A stretch of DNA of 64,000 nucleotides, from NCBI GenBank assembly GCA_963725865.1, contig CAVSAC010000011.1:1-64000 (forward strand), given 5' to 3'. This DNA comes from Candidatus Eiseniibacteriota bacterium (GTDB lineage Bacteria; Eisenbacteria; RBG-16-71-46). Under the pieces are notes generated by a model. The model worked only from the letters and a program-made list of their open reading frames with translations. It had not been told where the DNA came from and made no database searches. Position numbers and translations under genes: made by a program. Below are positions 9,897 to 21,666 of this stretch, piece after piece (within the stretch, counting starts at the first letter, position 1; every line of letters begins with the position of its first letter).

Positions 9897-11153
9897 GTGA
9901 CCCTGCTGCTGGTCGACATGGACGCGTTCTTCGCCTCGGTCGAGCAGGCGCACCATCCGCACCTGCGCGGTCGTCCGCTCATCGTGTGCGGTGATCCGTC
10001 GCGACGTGGCGTCGTCACCGCGGCCTCGTACGAGGCACGGCCGTTCGGCGTGCGTGCCGGCATGCCGCTGGCGCAGGCGCGCCGGCTCTGCCCGCAGGCG
10101 GAGTGCGTCGAGGGGCATCCCGACAAGTACGTCGAGACCTCGCTGGGCCTGCTCGAGCTCTACCTCGAGCACACGCCTGACGTCGAGCCGTTCAGCGTCG
10201 ACGAGGCGTTCGTCGGGCTGCGCGGCCGGCGCGACTCGCTCGACGAGGGCGAGCGCCTGGCGCGCGTGCTGAAGGATGCGATCACCGAGCGCTTCTCGCT
10301 CTCGGCCTCGATCGGGGTGGGGCCCAACAAGCTGGTCGCCAAGATGGCCTCCGGCGTCGCCAAGCCGGACGGACTCACCGTGCTCGACGGGGAGGCGTTC
10401 CGTGCCACGTTCTGGCCGCGCGACGTGCAGGAGCTGTGGGGCGTCGGGCCGAGACTCGCCGAGCGCATGCGGTCACTCGGGATCTCGACCGTCGGCGAGC
10501 TCGCCCGCGCCCCGCTGCCCGTGCTGCGCGGCTCGTTCGGGGTGGTGGGCGAGCACCTGCGCGAGGCCGCGAGCGGGCACGACGCCACGCCGCTGGTGCC
10601 GTATCACGAAGGCGTGGATGCCAAGTCGATGGGTCACGAGGTCACGCTGCCCGAAGACTGCGACGAGCCCGCCTACCTCGAGGGCACGCTGCTGCGGCTC
10701 GCCGACCAGGTGACGCGCCGGCTCCGGGTCGAGGGCTTCGTCGGCTCCACCGTGGTGCTCAAGCTGCGCGACCACCGGTTCCGCACCCTCACGCGCCAGC
10801 GCGTGCTCGCACCGGCCACCGACGACGGCGCGCGGGTCTTCGACGTGGCGCGCGCGCTGCTGCGCGCCCATTGGCGCGGCACGCCGGTGCGCCTGCTCGG
10901 GGTGAGCGTTTCGGGACTGGCGCCGCGCGCCGACGCTCCGCAGGCCGAGCTGTTCGTCGCCGACGACCGTGCGCGTCGCCTGCTCGAGACCCTCGACCGC
11001 GTGCGCGATCGGCTCGGCGAGGCCGCGGTGGTGCCGGCGGGTTCGCTCACGCACCGTCGCGCGCTCGGCCACGTCCCGTTCGGCGCCGCGCGCGAGCGGG
11101 CGCGCCGCCGCGCCGCCGGCCGGGACGATCCGCCCGCCGGCCAGGGTGAGTGA
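9897..11153 (+). CDS. dinB: Y-family DNA polymerase (Pol IV/DinB-like)
   Basis: VDMDAFFASVE, AASYEARPFGV, SVDEAF, NKLVAKMAS, clamp motif QAELF. Confidence 0.95.
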   Translation: MTLLLVDMDAFFASVEQAHHPHLRGRPLIVCGDPSRRGVVTAASYEARPFGVRAGMPLAQARRLCPQAECVEGHPDKYVETSLGLLELYLEHTPDVEPFSVDEAFVGLRGRRDSLDEGERLARVLKDAITERFSLSASIGVGPNKLVAKMASGVAKPDGLTVLDGEAFRATFWPRDVQELWGVGPRLAERMRSLGISTVGELARAPLPVLRGSFGVVGEHLREAASGHDATPLVPYHEGVDAKSMGHEVTLPEDCDEPAYLEGTLLRLADQVTRRLRVEGFVGSTVVLKLRDHRFRTLTRQRVLAPATDDGARVFDVARALLRAHWRGTPVRLLGVSVSGLAPRADAPQAELFVADDRARRLLETLDRVRDRLGEAAVVPAGSLTHRRALGHVPFGAARERARRRAAGRDDPPAGQGE

Positions 11154-11959
11154 TGAACGTCCCGGCCGGACCGGGCCGCGTGATCCTCGGCACCTCGGGC
11201 TACTCGTTCGCGGACTGGGTGGGACCGTTCTACCCGCCCGGCACGCGCCCCGGCGACTTCCTGCGCCACTACGCCGAGCACTTCGACGCGGTCGAGGTCA
11301 ACGCCACCTACTACCGCATCCCGCACCCGCGCGTGCTCGAACAGATGGAGCGCAAGACCCCGGCGCACTTCCGCTTCATGGTCAAGCTCCACCAGTCGTT
11401 CACCCACGAGGGCTCCACCGACCCGGCGCGGGTGCGCGAGTTCCTCGAGGCGGTCGCGCCGCTGAAAGCCGCGGGCAAGTACGAAGGCCTGCTGGCCCAG
11501 TTCCCGTGGGCGTTCCGCCGCTCCGATGCCAGCTGCGCCCACCTCGAGGCGCTGCGCGGGCGCTTCGCCGACGAGCCGCTGTTCGCGGAGTTCCGCCACG
11601 ACTCGTGGGCCGCCCCCGGGCTCGGCGAGCTGCTGGCGCGACTGGGGATCGGCTATTGCGCGGTGGACGAGCCGGCCCTGCCGGGCCTGATGCCGCCGAT
11701 CGCGCTGCGCACCACCGCGGACGCCTACGTGCGCTTCCACGGCCGCAACGCCGCGAACTGGTGGGGGCGTGGCGGGGGCGACCGCTACGACCACGATTAC
11801 ACCGAGCGCGAGCTGGGGGAGTGGCTGACGCGCATCGGCGAGCTGGCGCGCCAGGCGCGGCAGACCTACGTGTTCTTCAACAACTGCCACGCCGGCCAGG
11901 CCGCCCGCAGCGCCAAGCTGATGCAGGAGCTGCTGCGCCGCCAGGGTGTGATGGTGTGA
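11150..11959 (+). CDS. DUF72 (YecE-like) protein
   Basis: GTSGYSF.DW.GPFYP, VEVNATYY, EFRH.SW, YVRFHGRN, YDHDY, FFNN. Confidence 0.92.
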   Translation: MMNVPAGPGRVILGTSGYSFADWVGPFYPPGTRPGDFLRHYAEHFDAVEVNATYYRIPHPRVLEQMERKTPAHFRFMVKLHQSFTHEGSTDPARVREFLEAVAPLKAAGKYEGLLAQFPWAFRRSDASCAHLEALRGRFADEPLFAEFRHDSWAAPGLGELLARLGIGYCAVDEPALPGLMPPIALRTTADAYVRFHGRNAANWWGRGGGDRYDHDYTERELGEWLTRIGELARQARQTYVFFNNCHAGQAARSAKLMQELLRRQGVMV

Positions 11960-12041
11960 GCCGGCGCACTCGTGCGCGGTGGCGTTGATGCGTTAGATTC
12001 CCGGCGCCGCATCCCGTCCCGCTCTCCACCGAGGAGGCCGC

Positions 12042-12494
12042 ATGAACGATTCCCCACGCCCGCCCGCCTTCATCACCGCGCCGCCGATGCGTGTGGTGTT
12101 CATCTGCCTCCACAACGCCGCGCGCAGCCAGATGGCCGAGGGCTTCGCCCGCGTCATGGCCCCGCCGGGCGCCGAGGTGTGGAGCGCCGGCACCGAACCG
12201 ACCCGGGTCCATCCCATGGCGATCGAGGTGATGGCCGAGGTCGACGTGGACCTCGGCGCGCAGTCCTCCAAGCGGCTCGACCAGGTGCCCTGGCGGGATG
12301 CCGACACCATCGTGACGCTGTGCGGGGAGAGCGACGAGATGTGTCCGTCGGTGGGGCCGCTGGTGCGCACCGTGCACTGGCCGCTGCCGGACCCCTCGCG
12401 CGCCGGCGCCGCCGATGCGCCCCGGGTGTTCCGGGAGGTCCGCGACGAGATCCGCTGGCGCGTCGCCTCGCTGTGGCCACCGGGCGACCAGTGA
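12042..12494 (+). CDS. arsC: Arsenate reductase / LMW-PTP family
   Basis: P-loop CLHNAARSQMAE, SAGTEP, HWPLPDP. Confidence 0.8.
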   Translation: MNDSPRPPAFITAPPMRVVFICLHNAARSQMAEGFARVMAPPGAEVWSAGTEPTRVHPMAIEVMAEVDVDLGAQSSKRLDQVPWRDADTIVTLCGESDEMCPSVGPLVRTVHWPLPDPSRAGAADAPRVFREVRDEIRWRVASLWPPGDQ

Positions 12495-12564
12495 TCCAGC
12501 CGCGCGCACGACGCGCGGCCCGGCCGGGAGCCTGCGGCCGGGCCGTGTCACGCCGGGACGGCGG

Positions 12565-13607
12565 TCAGCCGCCGTTCGAGCTGCGGCGGTCCCGGCTCAC
12601 GAGCGGGTGGCGGCCCTGCACGAACGCCTCGCACTCGGCCACGTCATCGGCGCTGCCGAGGAACACGGGAGTGCGCTCGTGGAGCGTCTGCGGCTGCAGC
12701 TCCATGACCCGGCGATGGCCATCGCTGGCGGCGCCACCCGCCTGCTCGGCGATGAAAGCGAGCGGCGCGCACTCGTAGAGCACGCGCAGCTTGCCGCGCG
12801 GGCTCTTGCCGTCGAGGGGTAGAGGTAGATCCCGCCGTAGAGCAGATTGCGGTGGAAGTCCGCCACCAGTGAGCCGACGTAGCGCGAGCTGTATGGGCGC
12901 CCGGTGGCCGCGTCCTCGCGCTTGAGCCAGTCGATGTAGCGCTTCACGCCCTCGTCCCAGCGGACGTAGTTGCCCTCGTTGACGCTGTAGATGCGCCCGC
13001 GCCGCGGCGTGCGGATGTCGGGATGCGAGAGCAGGAACTCGCCGACGCTGGGCTCGTAGGTGAAGCCGTGCACGCCCTGGCCGGTGGTGTAGACCAGCAT
13101 GGTGCTCGATCCGTACATCACGTAGCCCGCGCACACCTGCTCGTGACCGGGCTGCAGGCAGTCTCGCAGCGCGCCACCGCCGCCGCTGGTGACCCGCGGC
13201 AGGATCGAGAAGATGGTCCCGATGTTGACGTTCGCGTTGATGTTCGACGAGCCGTCGAGCGGGTCGAAGTTCACCACGTACTTGCCGATGGGCTGGCCCT
13301 CGGGCACGTGGATGACGTTCTCGTCCTCTTCGGAGGCGAGCACCGCGAGCTGGCCGGTCGAGCCCAGCACGCGGTAGATGGTCTCGTGCGCGAAGCGGTC
13401 GAGCTTCTGCACCTTCTCGCCGTGGACGTTCGAGCCCCCGGTGTAGCCGAGGATGTCCACCAGTCCCGCGCGCACCACCTCGCGGTTGATCAGCTTCGCC
13501 GCGAGGGCGATGTCGATGAGCACACCCGTGAACTCCCCGGTCGCCCCGGGGTGCAGTCGCTCCTGCTGGAGCACGAACTGGTGCAGCGTGACGGCGCGGT
13601 GGTCCAC
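12565..13607 (-). CDS. fbp: Class I fructose-1,6-bisphosphatase (one indel near 12815)
   Basis: GEKVQKLD, ASEE, FDPLDGSSN, YSVNEGN, RYVGSLVADFHR, KLRVLYE. Confidence 0.95.
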
Positions 13608-13626
13608 GGGCGCGCTCGCTCCGGGC

Positions 13627-15019
13627 TCAGTCCGACAGGCCCGAGACGTCCTCGGGCGCGTGGACCGCGAGCGCGGCACCGGCGGCGGGGAAGCTGCCCT
13701 CGACGAACGGCGCGTACTTCGCGGCCAGCGCCTGGCTGCCCTCGATGTGGAGCTTGAGGAACAGCGCGCGGAACTTGTCCTCGAGCGACTTGCCGATGGC
13801 GCCGCGCACGTCCGCGGGCATCGACCACAGCTCGCGCTTCCAGCCACCGGTGGCCTTCTTGCGCGTCTTGTAGAAGAACTGCTCGTCCGTGTCGGTGGCC
13901 TTGCGATCGGCGCCGTCGGTCTGGCGCAGCTTCTCGTAGATGTCGCGCTTGAGCGCCGCCGGGAACGCCGGGTGGTCGAACAGCATGTTCTGGAACTCGG
14001 TCGCGAGGTGGATCTCGCAGGCGCCGAGCTTCGGGAAGCGGTCGAACAGGTCGGCCGGCAGGGTGGAGGCGCCGTGCTGCACCGCGCCACCCATGCCGTA
14101 GCGCTCGCGCGCGAGCTTCGAGATGCTGGCGATGGCGTCGAAGTCGATCTTGACCTGCGCGATGGTGCCGTCCGGCAGCGGCACGCCGCCATGCGACGTG
14201 CCGGTCTGGATCGAGATCTTGCTGATGCCGGGCTGGGCGGGGGCGTGCTGGGCGAGGGCGGCCTGGTACACCTTCATGAACGCGTCCAGCTCCTCGGGGG
14301 TGGAGTTCTTCGCTGCCCACCTCGCCGATCTCCCCGCCGACCGAGATGGTCACGCCCTTGGGCTCGATGCGGCGGATGTAGCCGGTGAGGTCCGCGCACA
14401 GTCCACCGTTGAGCTGCTGCTGGGCCTCGTGACCCTCCTTGGAGAGGTCCACCAGCGTCGAGGTGTCGACGTCGATGTTGTAGAAGCCCGCCGCCACGCC
14501 CTCGGCGGTGATGTCGCGAACCGCCTTGAGCTCGGCGGCCGCGTCGGCGGCGTACTTCTTGGCGTTGACCTGGAAGTGGTCGCCCTGCACGAACAGCGGG
14601 CCCTTGACACCCTCACGGAGCGCGGCGGCCATGAGCACGAACACGTACTCGGCGGGGCGCTGGTCGGTGTACACGATCTCGGAGCGCGCGATCTCGCACA
14701 GCACCGTGCCGGCGTCGAGCCCCTTGCGGGCCCGCATCAGGGCGCGCGCCGTGTCGTAGGCGAGCCCGCGGATGTTGATGGCCGGGACGGTGAAGTCGCA
14801 GGGCAGCTCGCCGCGCCCGCGGGCGGTGTAGACGCCGTGGATCGAGGCGGGGTAGATGCCGGCAGAGCGGCACTGGCCCAGCACCGCGGCGCGTGCGGCG
14901 TCGCGCAGCGTGCCGGTGGCGAACACACCGGTCCAGACCAGGCGGTCGAGGGCATCGCCGTTCCCGGTGGCGATCGCGGCGGCGGCGTGGCGGACTTCGT
15001 CCAGCGTCTTGAGTTCCAT
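13627..15019 (-). CDS. Class II fructose-bisphosphate aldolase family protein (indel near 14310)
   Basis: TVPAINIRG, QGDHFQ, GGEIGEVG, GTSHGG, VQHGASTLP, EIHLATEFQN; upstream of fbp. Confidence 0.85.
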
Positions 15020-15191
15020 ATCGCGGCATCTCCCTGGCGCCCGTGGGCGCCCGTGGGTCTCATGTCCGGGTGCTGCGGATGAAGGAGCGCGCAGTATAGC
15101 CCGCGCGCCGCGGGGCCGGGAAGGTCGTGCTCGGGCGTGCTCGGGCGGGCCGCGGCGATCGCCGGGGCGGGACGTCACCCCGGGAGACGGG

Positions 15192-16449
15192 TCAGCCCGC
15201 GGCCCCCAGCACCACCACGCCGTCGCGCACGCCGCGCAGCTCGGGGAAGCGGGAGGGGTCGTAGGTCTCGATGCCCGGGGCGCGCCGGAACGCCAGCACC
15301 TGGGCGAGATCGAGGGTGCACGCGGCGGCCAGCCCCATGCCGTGACCGGTGAAGCCGGCGCAGATCGCGAGGTGGTGCTGGGCGTCGAGCCAGCCCACCA
15401 GCGGGCGGCCGTCGCGCGCGAAGCCCATGGTGCCGGCCCAGCGGCGCTCGATCGCCACGCCCTCGGGCACGAGCTCGGCGAGCCCGCGCTCGATGGCCTG
15501 CCTGGATGCGAGGCGTGGGCTCGTCGCCGAATCCGGTCTCGGCATCGGGATCGACGTCGCGCCAGCCGCCGATGAGCAGCCGGCCGTCGGCGAGCTGGCG
15601 CCAGTACTGGTAGCCCCAGTGGGCGTAGGTCGGGCGCGGCGCCACCACGCGGGCGATGGGCGCGGTGGACAGCATCTGTCCGCGCCGCGGCTGGATCAGC
15701 GGCGCGAGGTCGGGGCACAGCCGCGGCGAGTAGGCGTTGGTGGCGAGCACCAGCGCGCGCGAGCGCGCGGTGCCGTGCTCGGTGCGCAGCTCCCAGAGTC
15801 CGCCGTTCCAGCGCGCGCTCAGCACCGGCGAGTGCTCGAACACGCGTGCGCCGCGCTGGATCGCCGCCCGCGCCACGCCGTGCAGGAAGCGCACCGGGTG
15901 GATCTCGCCGTCCTCGACCACCTCGAACGCGGCGCTGAAGCGCGCGGCGGCCGCGGGGCTGGGCACCGCCTCGGCGGTCGGCACCTCGCGCATGGCGAAG
16001 CCGTCGGCGTTCATGAGCGGGAGCGAGGCGCGCAGGTCCTCGGCCTCCTCCTCGGTGCGCGCCAGTCGGTAGGAGCCGTGCGCCTGGTAGTCGCACTCGA
16101 TGCCGAGGCTCTCGACCAGAGCGCGCACGCGCTGGTGCGAGCGCCGCCCGGTCTCGAGCACGGCGCGCGCGCCGGCGCGGCCCCACAGGGCGATGCCCTC
16201 GGCGTAGGGCTCCGCGGGCATCGCGAGCAGGAAGCCGGCATTGCGGCCGCTCGCCGCGCCCGCCAGCGGGCCGCCGTCGAGCAGCGCGACGGTGCCACCC
16301 TGCTCGGCGAGCGTGAAGGCGAGGCTGATGCCGGTGATCCCGCCGCCCAGGACGGCGACGTCGGTGTCGATCTCACCCGCGAAGGTGGGGAACGGCGGAC
16401 CTGGATCCACCCACCAGTGCGAGGCCGGATGGGGCAGCGGAGCGCTCAT
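15192..16449 (-). CDS. FAD-dependent oxidoreductase (DadA/PuuB-like; indel near 15500)
   Basis: DVAVLGGGITG, GAASGRNAG, LATNAY, WAGTMGF..DGRP, GFTGHGMG. Confidence 0.88.
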
Positions 16450-16589
16450 GTGCGCTCGATTGTGGACCCGGCCGGGGGGAGGCGGCAAGTGACCCGCCGC
16501 AGCGGCGGGCGGCGTCGCTCGTGTCCGCTTCCGCGCTCGCCGGCGCGTGGCGGCCGGCCTCCCGGACGGCGCGCCGCGCCGGGCGAGCG

Positions 16590-16618
16590 TTGACACCCGC
16601 GCGTCGAGCGGCTTCAAT
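16590..16618 (+). promoter_or_regulatory. Sigma70-like promoter of the Mo-enzyme operon
   Basis: TTGACA-N17-TTCAAT. Confidence 0.5.
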
Positions 16619-16663
16619 CGCGCGGTCCCGAAGTCGATACCGACCGGCCCGCGCGAGGTTCCA

Positions 16664-17153
16664 TTGGACCACACCCCGACCGTCATCCGCCTGCGCGTCA
16701 ACGGCGACGAGCGCACCTGCGCCGTCACGGCCTCGACCACGCTGCTCGAGGTGCTGCGCTACGACCTCGGTCTCATCGGCACCAAGCAGGGCTGCGACAA
16801 GGGCGACTGCGGCGCCTGCACGGTGCTGGTCGACGGCGCGCCGGTGCTCGTCGTGCCTCACGCTCGCGCTGGCCTGCGAGGGGCGCGAGATCGTGACCGT
16901 CGAGGGGCTGGCCGCGCCGGGCGGCCCGCACCCGCTGCAGGACGCGCTTCGACCGCACCGGCGGCGGCGCAGTGCGGCTTCTGCACGCCCGGCATGCTCA
17001 TGAGCGCGACGGCGCTGCTCGGCGCGACGCCGGCGCCGAGCCGGCGAGGCCATCGCCGCGGCGCTCTCCGGCAACCTGTGCCGCTGCACCGGCTACACCC
17101 AGATCGTCGACGCGGTCGAGCTCGCCGCGCGCGAGATGCGGGAGCGCGCGTGA
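16664..17153 (+). CDS. Xanthine-oxidase-family [2Fe-2S] subunit (HcrC/CoxS-like), indels
   Basis: GTKQGCDKGDCGACTV, QCGFCTPG, GNLCRCTGY. Confidence 0.9.
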
Positions 17154-19667
17154 GCGACCCGCGCGAAGCTGACGCGCCGCGCCCGGCGATGGCGGTGCCC
17201 GAGGGGCGCGCCATGCCGCGCGAGCAGCGCCTGAGCCGCCGCGATGGCACGAGGGGCGCACGGCCGCGCCGCACGGCGCGTTCCGCGTGGTCGGCAGGCG
17301 CACCCGCAAGGTCGACGGCCTCGCCAAGGTCACCGGGCGCGCGGTCTACACCGACGACCTCGACGCTGCCGCGCATGCTGCACGCGCAAGCTGCTGCGCA
17401 GCCCGCACGCCGCACGCGCGCATCTGTCGCATCGACGCGACGCGCGCGCTCGCGCTGCCGGGCGTGCACGCGGTGATCACCGGCGACGACCTGCCGAGCG
17501 CTACGGCATCATCCCGTGGACGCAGGACGAGACACGCGCTGGCCGTGGACAAGGTGCGCTTCGTCGGCGACGCGGTCGCGGCGGTCGCCGCCGATCGACG
17601 AGGACACGCCGAGCGCGGCGCTGCGGCTGCATCGCGCGTCGAGTACGAGCTGCTGCCCGCGGTACCTCGATCCGAGGACGCGCTCGCGCACCCCGAGTGG
17701 CGGTCCACGAGCACGCGAGCGAGGACAACGTCTCCAAGCACGTGCGAGCTCGCGTTCGGCGACGTCGACGGCGGCGCTCGCCGGCGCGACGTCGTGGTCG
17801 AGGGCGACTACTTCTTCGAGGGCACGACCCACGCGCCGATCGAGCCGCACTGCGCGCTCGCGCGACGTCGACGCCGACGGCGTGCTCACGGTGTGGTCGA
17901 GCGACGCAGGTCCCGCACTACCTGCACCGCGAGCTCGCGCGCGTGCTCGGGCTGCCGACGCAGCGCGATCCGCGTGATCCAGCCGGCCGTCGGCGGCGCG
18001 TTCGGCGGCAAGAGCGAGCCGTTCGCGCTCGAGTTCTGCGTCGCGAAGCTCGCGCATGGTCACCGGGCCGCCCGGTGAAGATCCTCTACACGCGCGAGGA
18101 GGTGTTCTACGCGCACCGCGGCCGCCACCCGATGCAGATGCACTACCGGACCGGCGTCACGCCGCGACGGCAAGCTCACCGGCGTCGACGCGCGCATCCG
18201 CATCGACGGCGGCGCGTACTCGTCCTTCGGCCTGGTCACGACGTACTACTCGGGCCAGCTGCTCACCGCGCCCTACGCACTCGCCGGCGTACCGCTTCGA
18301 CTCGACGCGCGTGTTCACCAACAAGCCGCCGCTGCGGCCCCAAGCGCGGCCACGGCACCGTGCAGCCGCGCTTCGCCTTCGAGTGCCAGCTCGACCAGGC
18401 TCGCCGAGGCGCTCGGCATCGATCCGATCGAGCTGCGCCGCACGCAACGTCCATCGGCGCGGACACGCAGCACCGTCAACGGCATGCGCATCACCTCGAA
18501 CGGCTTCCTCGAGTGCCTCGACGCGGTCGAGCGCGCGCTCGGGCTGGAAGGAGCGCCGCGCGCAGCTGCCGCTACGGCCGCGGCCTCGGCGTCGCCGGGC
18601 AGCATGTACATCTCGCGGCACCAACTACCCGATCTACCCGAACGAGATGCCGCAGAGCGCGGTGCAGCTCAAGGTCGATCGCTCGGGCGCGTCACGGTCT
18701 TCACCGGCGCGAACGACATCGGCCAGGGCTCGACACGATGCTCGCGCTGATCGTCGTGCGAGGAGCTCGGCCTCGAGCTCGCGCGACGTGCGCGTGGTCG
18801 CGGCCGACACCGATCTCATGCCCGGTCGACCTCGGCGCGTACTCGAGCCGCGTGACGTTCATGATCGGCAACGCCTGCCTCGACGCCGCGCGCAAGCTGC
18901 GCGCACCGCGTCGCCGGCGTCGTGGCCGAGCGCTGGGGCTGCGCTCCGCGGCGAGCGTCATCGCTGGCGCCAGGCGGGTGGCGTGCAGCATCGCGCGACC
19001 CCGAGCGCGAGTCATGAGCGTCGCGCGAGGCGTTCCAGCTCGCCGAGGCCGAGCCTCGGCACGCTCGGCGCGGCCGGCTACTACAACACGCCCGAAGCTC
19101 GGCGGCGACTACCGCGGCGGCACCATCGGCGCCTCGCCCGCGTACTCGTTCACCGCGCACGTCGCCGAGGTGCGACGTCGACGTCGAGACCGGCGTGGTC
19201 GAGGTCGACAAGATCTGGGTCGCGCACGACTGCGGCCGCGCGCTCAACCCGGTCACGGTCGAGGGCCAGATGGAGGGCTAGCGCCTACATGGGCGTCGCC
19301 GAGGCGCTGCTCGAGGAGCACGGTCAAGCCCGCGACGCGGGCACGGCGCCGGGCTCCACCACGGACCCTCGCTGCTCGACTACCGCATCCCGACCACCCT
19401 CGACACGCCGGCGATCGACTCGCTCATCGTCGAGCGCATCGATCCCGAGGGGCCGTACGGCGCCAAGGAGGCCGGCGAGGGTCCGCTGCACCCGAGCATC
19501 CCCGCCGATCGCCAACGCCATCTTCGACGCGGTCGGCGTCCGCCTCGACGCGGCTGCCGTTCACCCCGCCGCGCGTGCTCGCGCTGCTGCGCACCGGCGA
19601 CGCGCGCGCGGCGTGGGCGCGCCGCGCGCGCCAGGTGCGCGGCAGGGGCGAGGGGAGCGCGTCATGC
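17150..19667 (+). CDS. Molybdopterin-binding large subunit, 4-hydroxybenzoyl-CoA reductase alpha-like (many indels; ends approximate)
   Basis: KVTGRAVYTDD, QVPHY, GGAFGGK, HRGRHP, GPKRGHG, DIGQG, GAYSSRVT, AHDCGRALNP, GAKEAGEG. Confidence 0.85.
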
Positions 19668-20671
19668 TGCCGCTGCCCGCGCTTCGACGTGGCGCAGCCC
19701 GCCGACGCTCGACGAGGCGCTCGCGCTGCTCGCGCGAGCCGGCCGACAGCGCTGGTGGTCGCCGGCGGCACCGACGCCTGCCCAACCTGAAGCACCGCCT
19801 CGACGAGCCCGCGCTGCTGGTGCTGCCCTCGGCGGCTCGCGGAGCTGCGCGTCGTCGCGCGAGCGGCGCCGGCGCGCTCGCGCCTCGGCGCCACTGGCAC
19901 CGCTGTCCGAGCTCGCCGCGCATCCCGCGGTCGTGCGCGCGAGCTCGCCGGGGCTGGCCCGCGCCGCCGTCGCTGGTGGCGAGGCCGCAGATCCGCCACA
20001 TGGGCACGCTCGGCGGCAACCTGTGCCTCGACACGCGCTGCCGCTACTTCAACCAGACGCTCTTCTGGCGCGACGCGCTCGGGCTTCTGCCTCAAGAAGG
20101 ACGGCACGGTCTGCCACGTCGTGCGCAGGGCCGGCGCTGCGTCGCCGCGCACTCGCACGGACACGGCGCCGGTGCTGATCGCGCTCGACGCGACCGGTGG
20201 AGCTGGCGAGCGCGCGCGGCGCGGCGCAGCTGCTGCCGGTCGACGACTTCTTCCTCGGCGACGGCGTGCGCAACACGGTGCGCCGCCCCGACGAGCTGGT
20301 GACGCGCGTGGTCGTGCCGGCGCGCGCGCGCGGGATGCGCAGCGCCTACCGCAAGCTGCGCCCGCGCAGGTCGATCGACTTCCCGATGCTCTCGGTGGCG
20401 TTCGCCACGCGCCTCGAGGGCGACGGTCTGCGCCAAGGCGCGACTGGTGGTGAGCGCGCTCGCCGCCAAGCCCCGGGTGATCGCGGGGCTCGACACGCTG
20501 GCGCACGGGCGCGCGCTGGACGAGGCGGCGATCGCCGCCATCGCCGCGGCCGCTCACAAGCAGTGCCACCCGCTGCCCAATCTGCCGTACGATACCGATT
20601 GGCGACGCGCCATGGTGCCGGTGTTCGTGTCCCGGACGATCCGCGACGCCCGCGATGGAGTGCCTTCATGA
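19664..20671 (+). CDS. FAD-binding subunit with [4Fe-4S] insertion, HcrB-like (indels)
   Basis: AGGTD, QIRHMGTLGGNLCLDTRC.YFNQ..WR.ALGFCLKKDGTVCHV...RCVA, YRKLR.R.SIDF. Confidence 0.85.
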
Positions 20672-21663
20672 GCCCGACCGAGCCCGAGGAGTTCGACGAA
20701 CACGACCACGCGCTGCGGCGCGAGGGCGGAGCTCCGCCGCCCGCGGCGGGGACGCCCGGCATCGACATGCCGCGGCGCACGCGCGAGGGCGAGGTGTGGG
20801 AGACGCTGGCGCGCTGGCGCGCCGAGCGCCGCCGCTTCGTCATCGCCACCGTCACCGCGTCGCGCGGCTACACGCCGCGCAAGGCCGGCGCGCGCATGCT
20901 GGTCGATGCCGCGGGCACGACCGTGGGCACCATCGGCGGCGGCGCCATCGAGCACGAGGTGCTCGCCGCGGCGCGCGGGCTGTTCGAGCGCGGCGGCAGC
21001 GCGGTGGTCGAACGCCACCTCACCCAGGACCTCGGCATGTGCTGTGGCGGCGAGATGAGCGTGTTCCTCGAGTGTATCGAGACCGCGCCACGGCTGTGGG
21101 TTTTCGGCGCCGGCTACATCGCCAAGCCGCTGGCGGCCATCGCCGCCGGGTGCGGGTTCGACGTCACCGTCGTCGACGGCCGCGCCGAGTGGGCCACCGC
21201 CGAGCGCTTCCCGACCTCGCGCGTGGTGGTGCAGGACCCCGAGGACTTCCTGCGCGCCCTCGAGACCGCGCCCGGCGACTACGCGGTGATCACCACCCAC
21301 GACCACGCGCTCGACCAGCGCCTGGTCCAGGGCCTGATCCGCCGCCCGCTGCGCTTCCTGGGCATGCTCGGTAGCACCGCCAAGCAGCGCAAGTTCGCCC
21401 TGCGGCTGCGCGCGCGGGGCTTCGGTGACGACGAGATCGCGCGCCTGCACGCGCCGGTCGGCCTCCCCATCGGGGCCGATGGACCCGAGGAGATCGCGGT
21501 CAGCGTCATGGCGCAGGTCATCGCGGTCCGCCGGGGCAAGGCCATCGAGCCCGGCTGGGTGCCGCCCGCGCGGGCGGGCGTGCCCGCGGCCGACACGGAG
21601 ACGCCCGGCGTCGAGGGGCCCGCGGAGGCGGAGACCCGGGACGCCGAGCCCACAGGGAGGTAG
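20668..21663 (+). CDS. xdhC: XdhC/CoxF Moco insertion chaperone
   Basis: GYTPRKAGARM, GTIGGG, GMCCGG, FGAG, THDHALD, GMLGS, PVGLPIG..PEEIAVS. Confidence 0.9.
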   Translation: MSPTEPEEFDEHDHALRREGGAPPPAAGTPGIDMPRRTREGEVWETLARWRAERRRFVIATVTASRGYTPRKAGARMLVDAAGTTVGTIGGGAIEHEVLAAARGLFERGGSAVVERHLTQDLGMCCGGEMSVFLECIETAPRLWVFGAGYIAKPLAAIAAGCGFDVTVVDGRAEWATAERFPTSRVVVQDPEDFLRALETAPGDYAVITTHDHALDQRLVQGLIRRPLRFLGMLGSTAKQRKFALRLRARGFGDDEIARLHAPVGLPIGADGPEEIAVSVMAQVIAVRRGKAIEPGWVPPARAGVPAADTETPGVEGPAEAETRDAEPTGR

Positions 21664-21666
21664 ACC

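Noticed and set aside
19276..19282. TAG in the Mo-subunit region as possible stop-codon recoding
   Set aside because: The conserved GQMEG-SAYMG sequence is restored by removing one base, so this is an indel error rather than readthrough.
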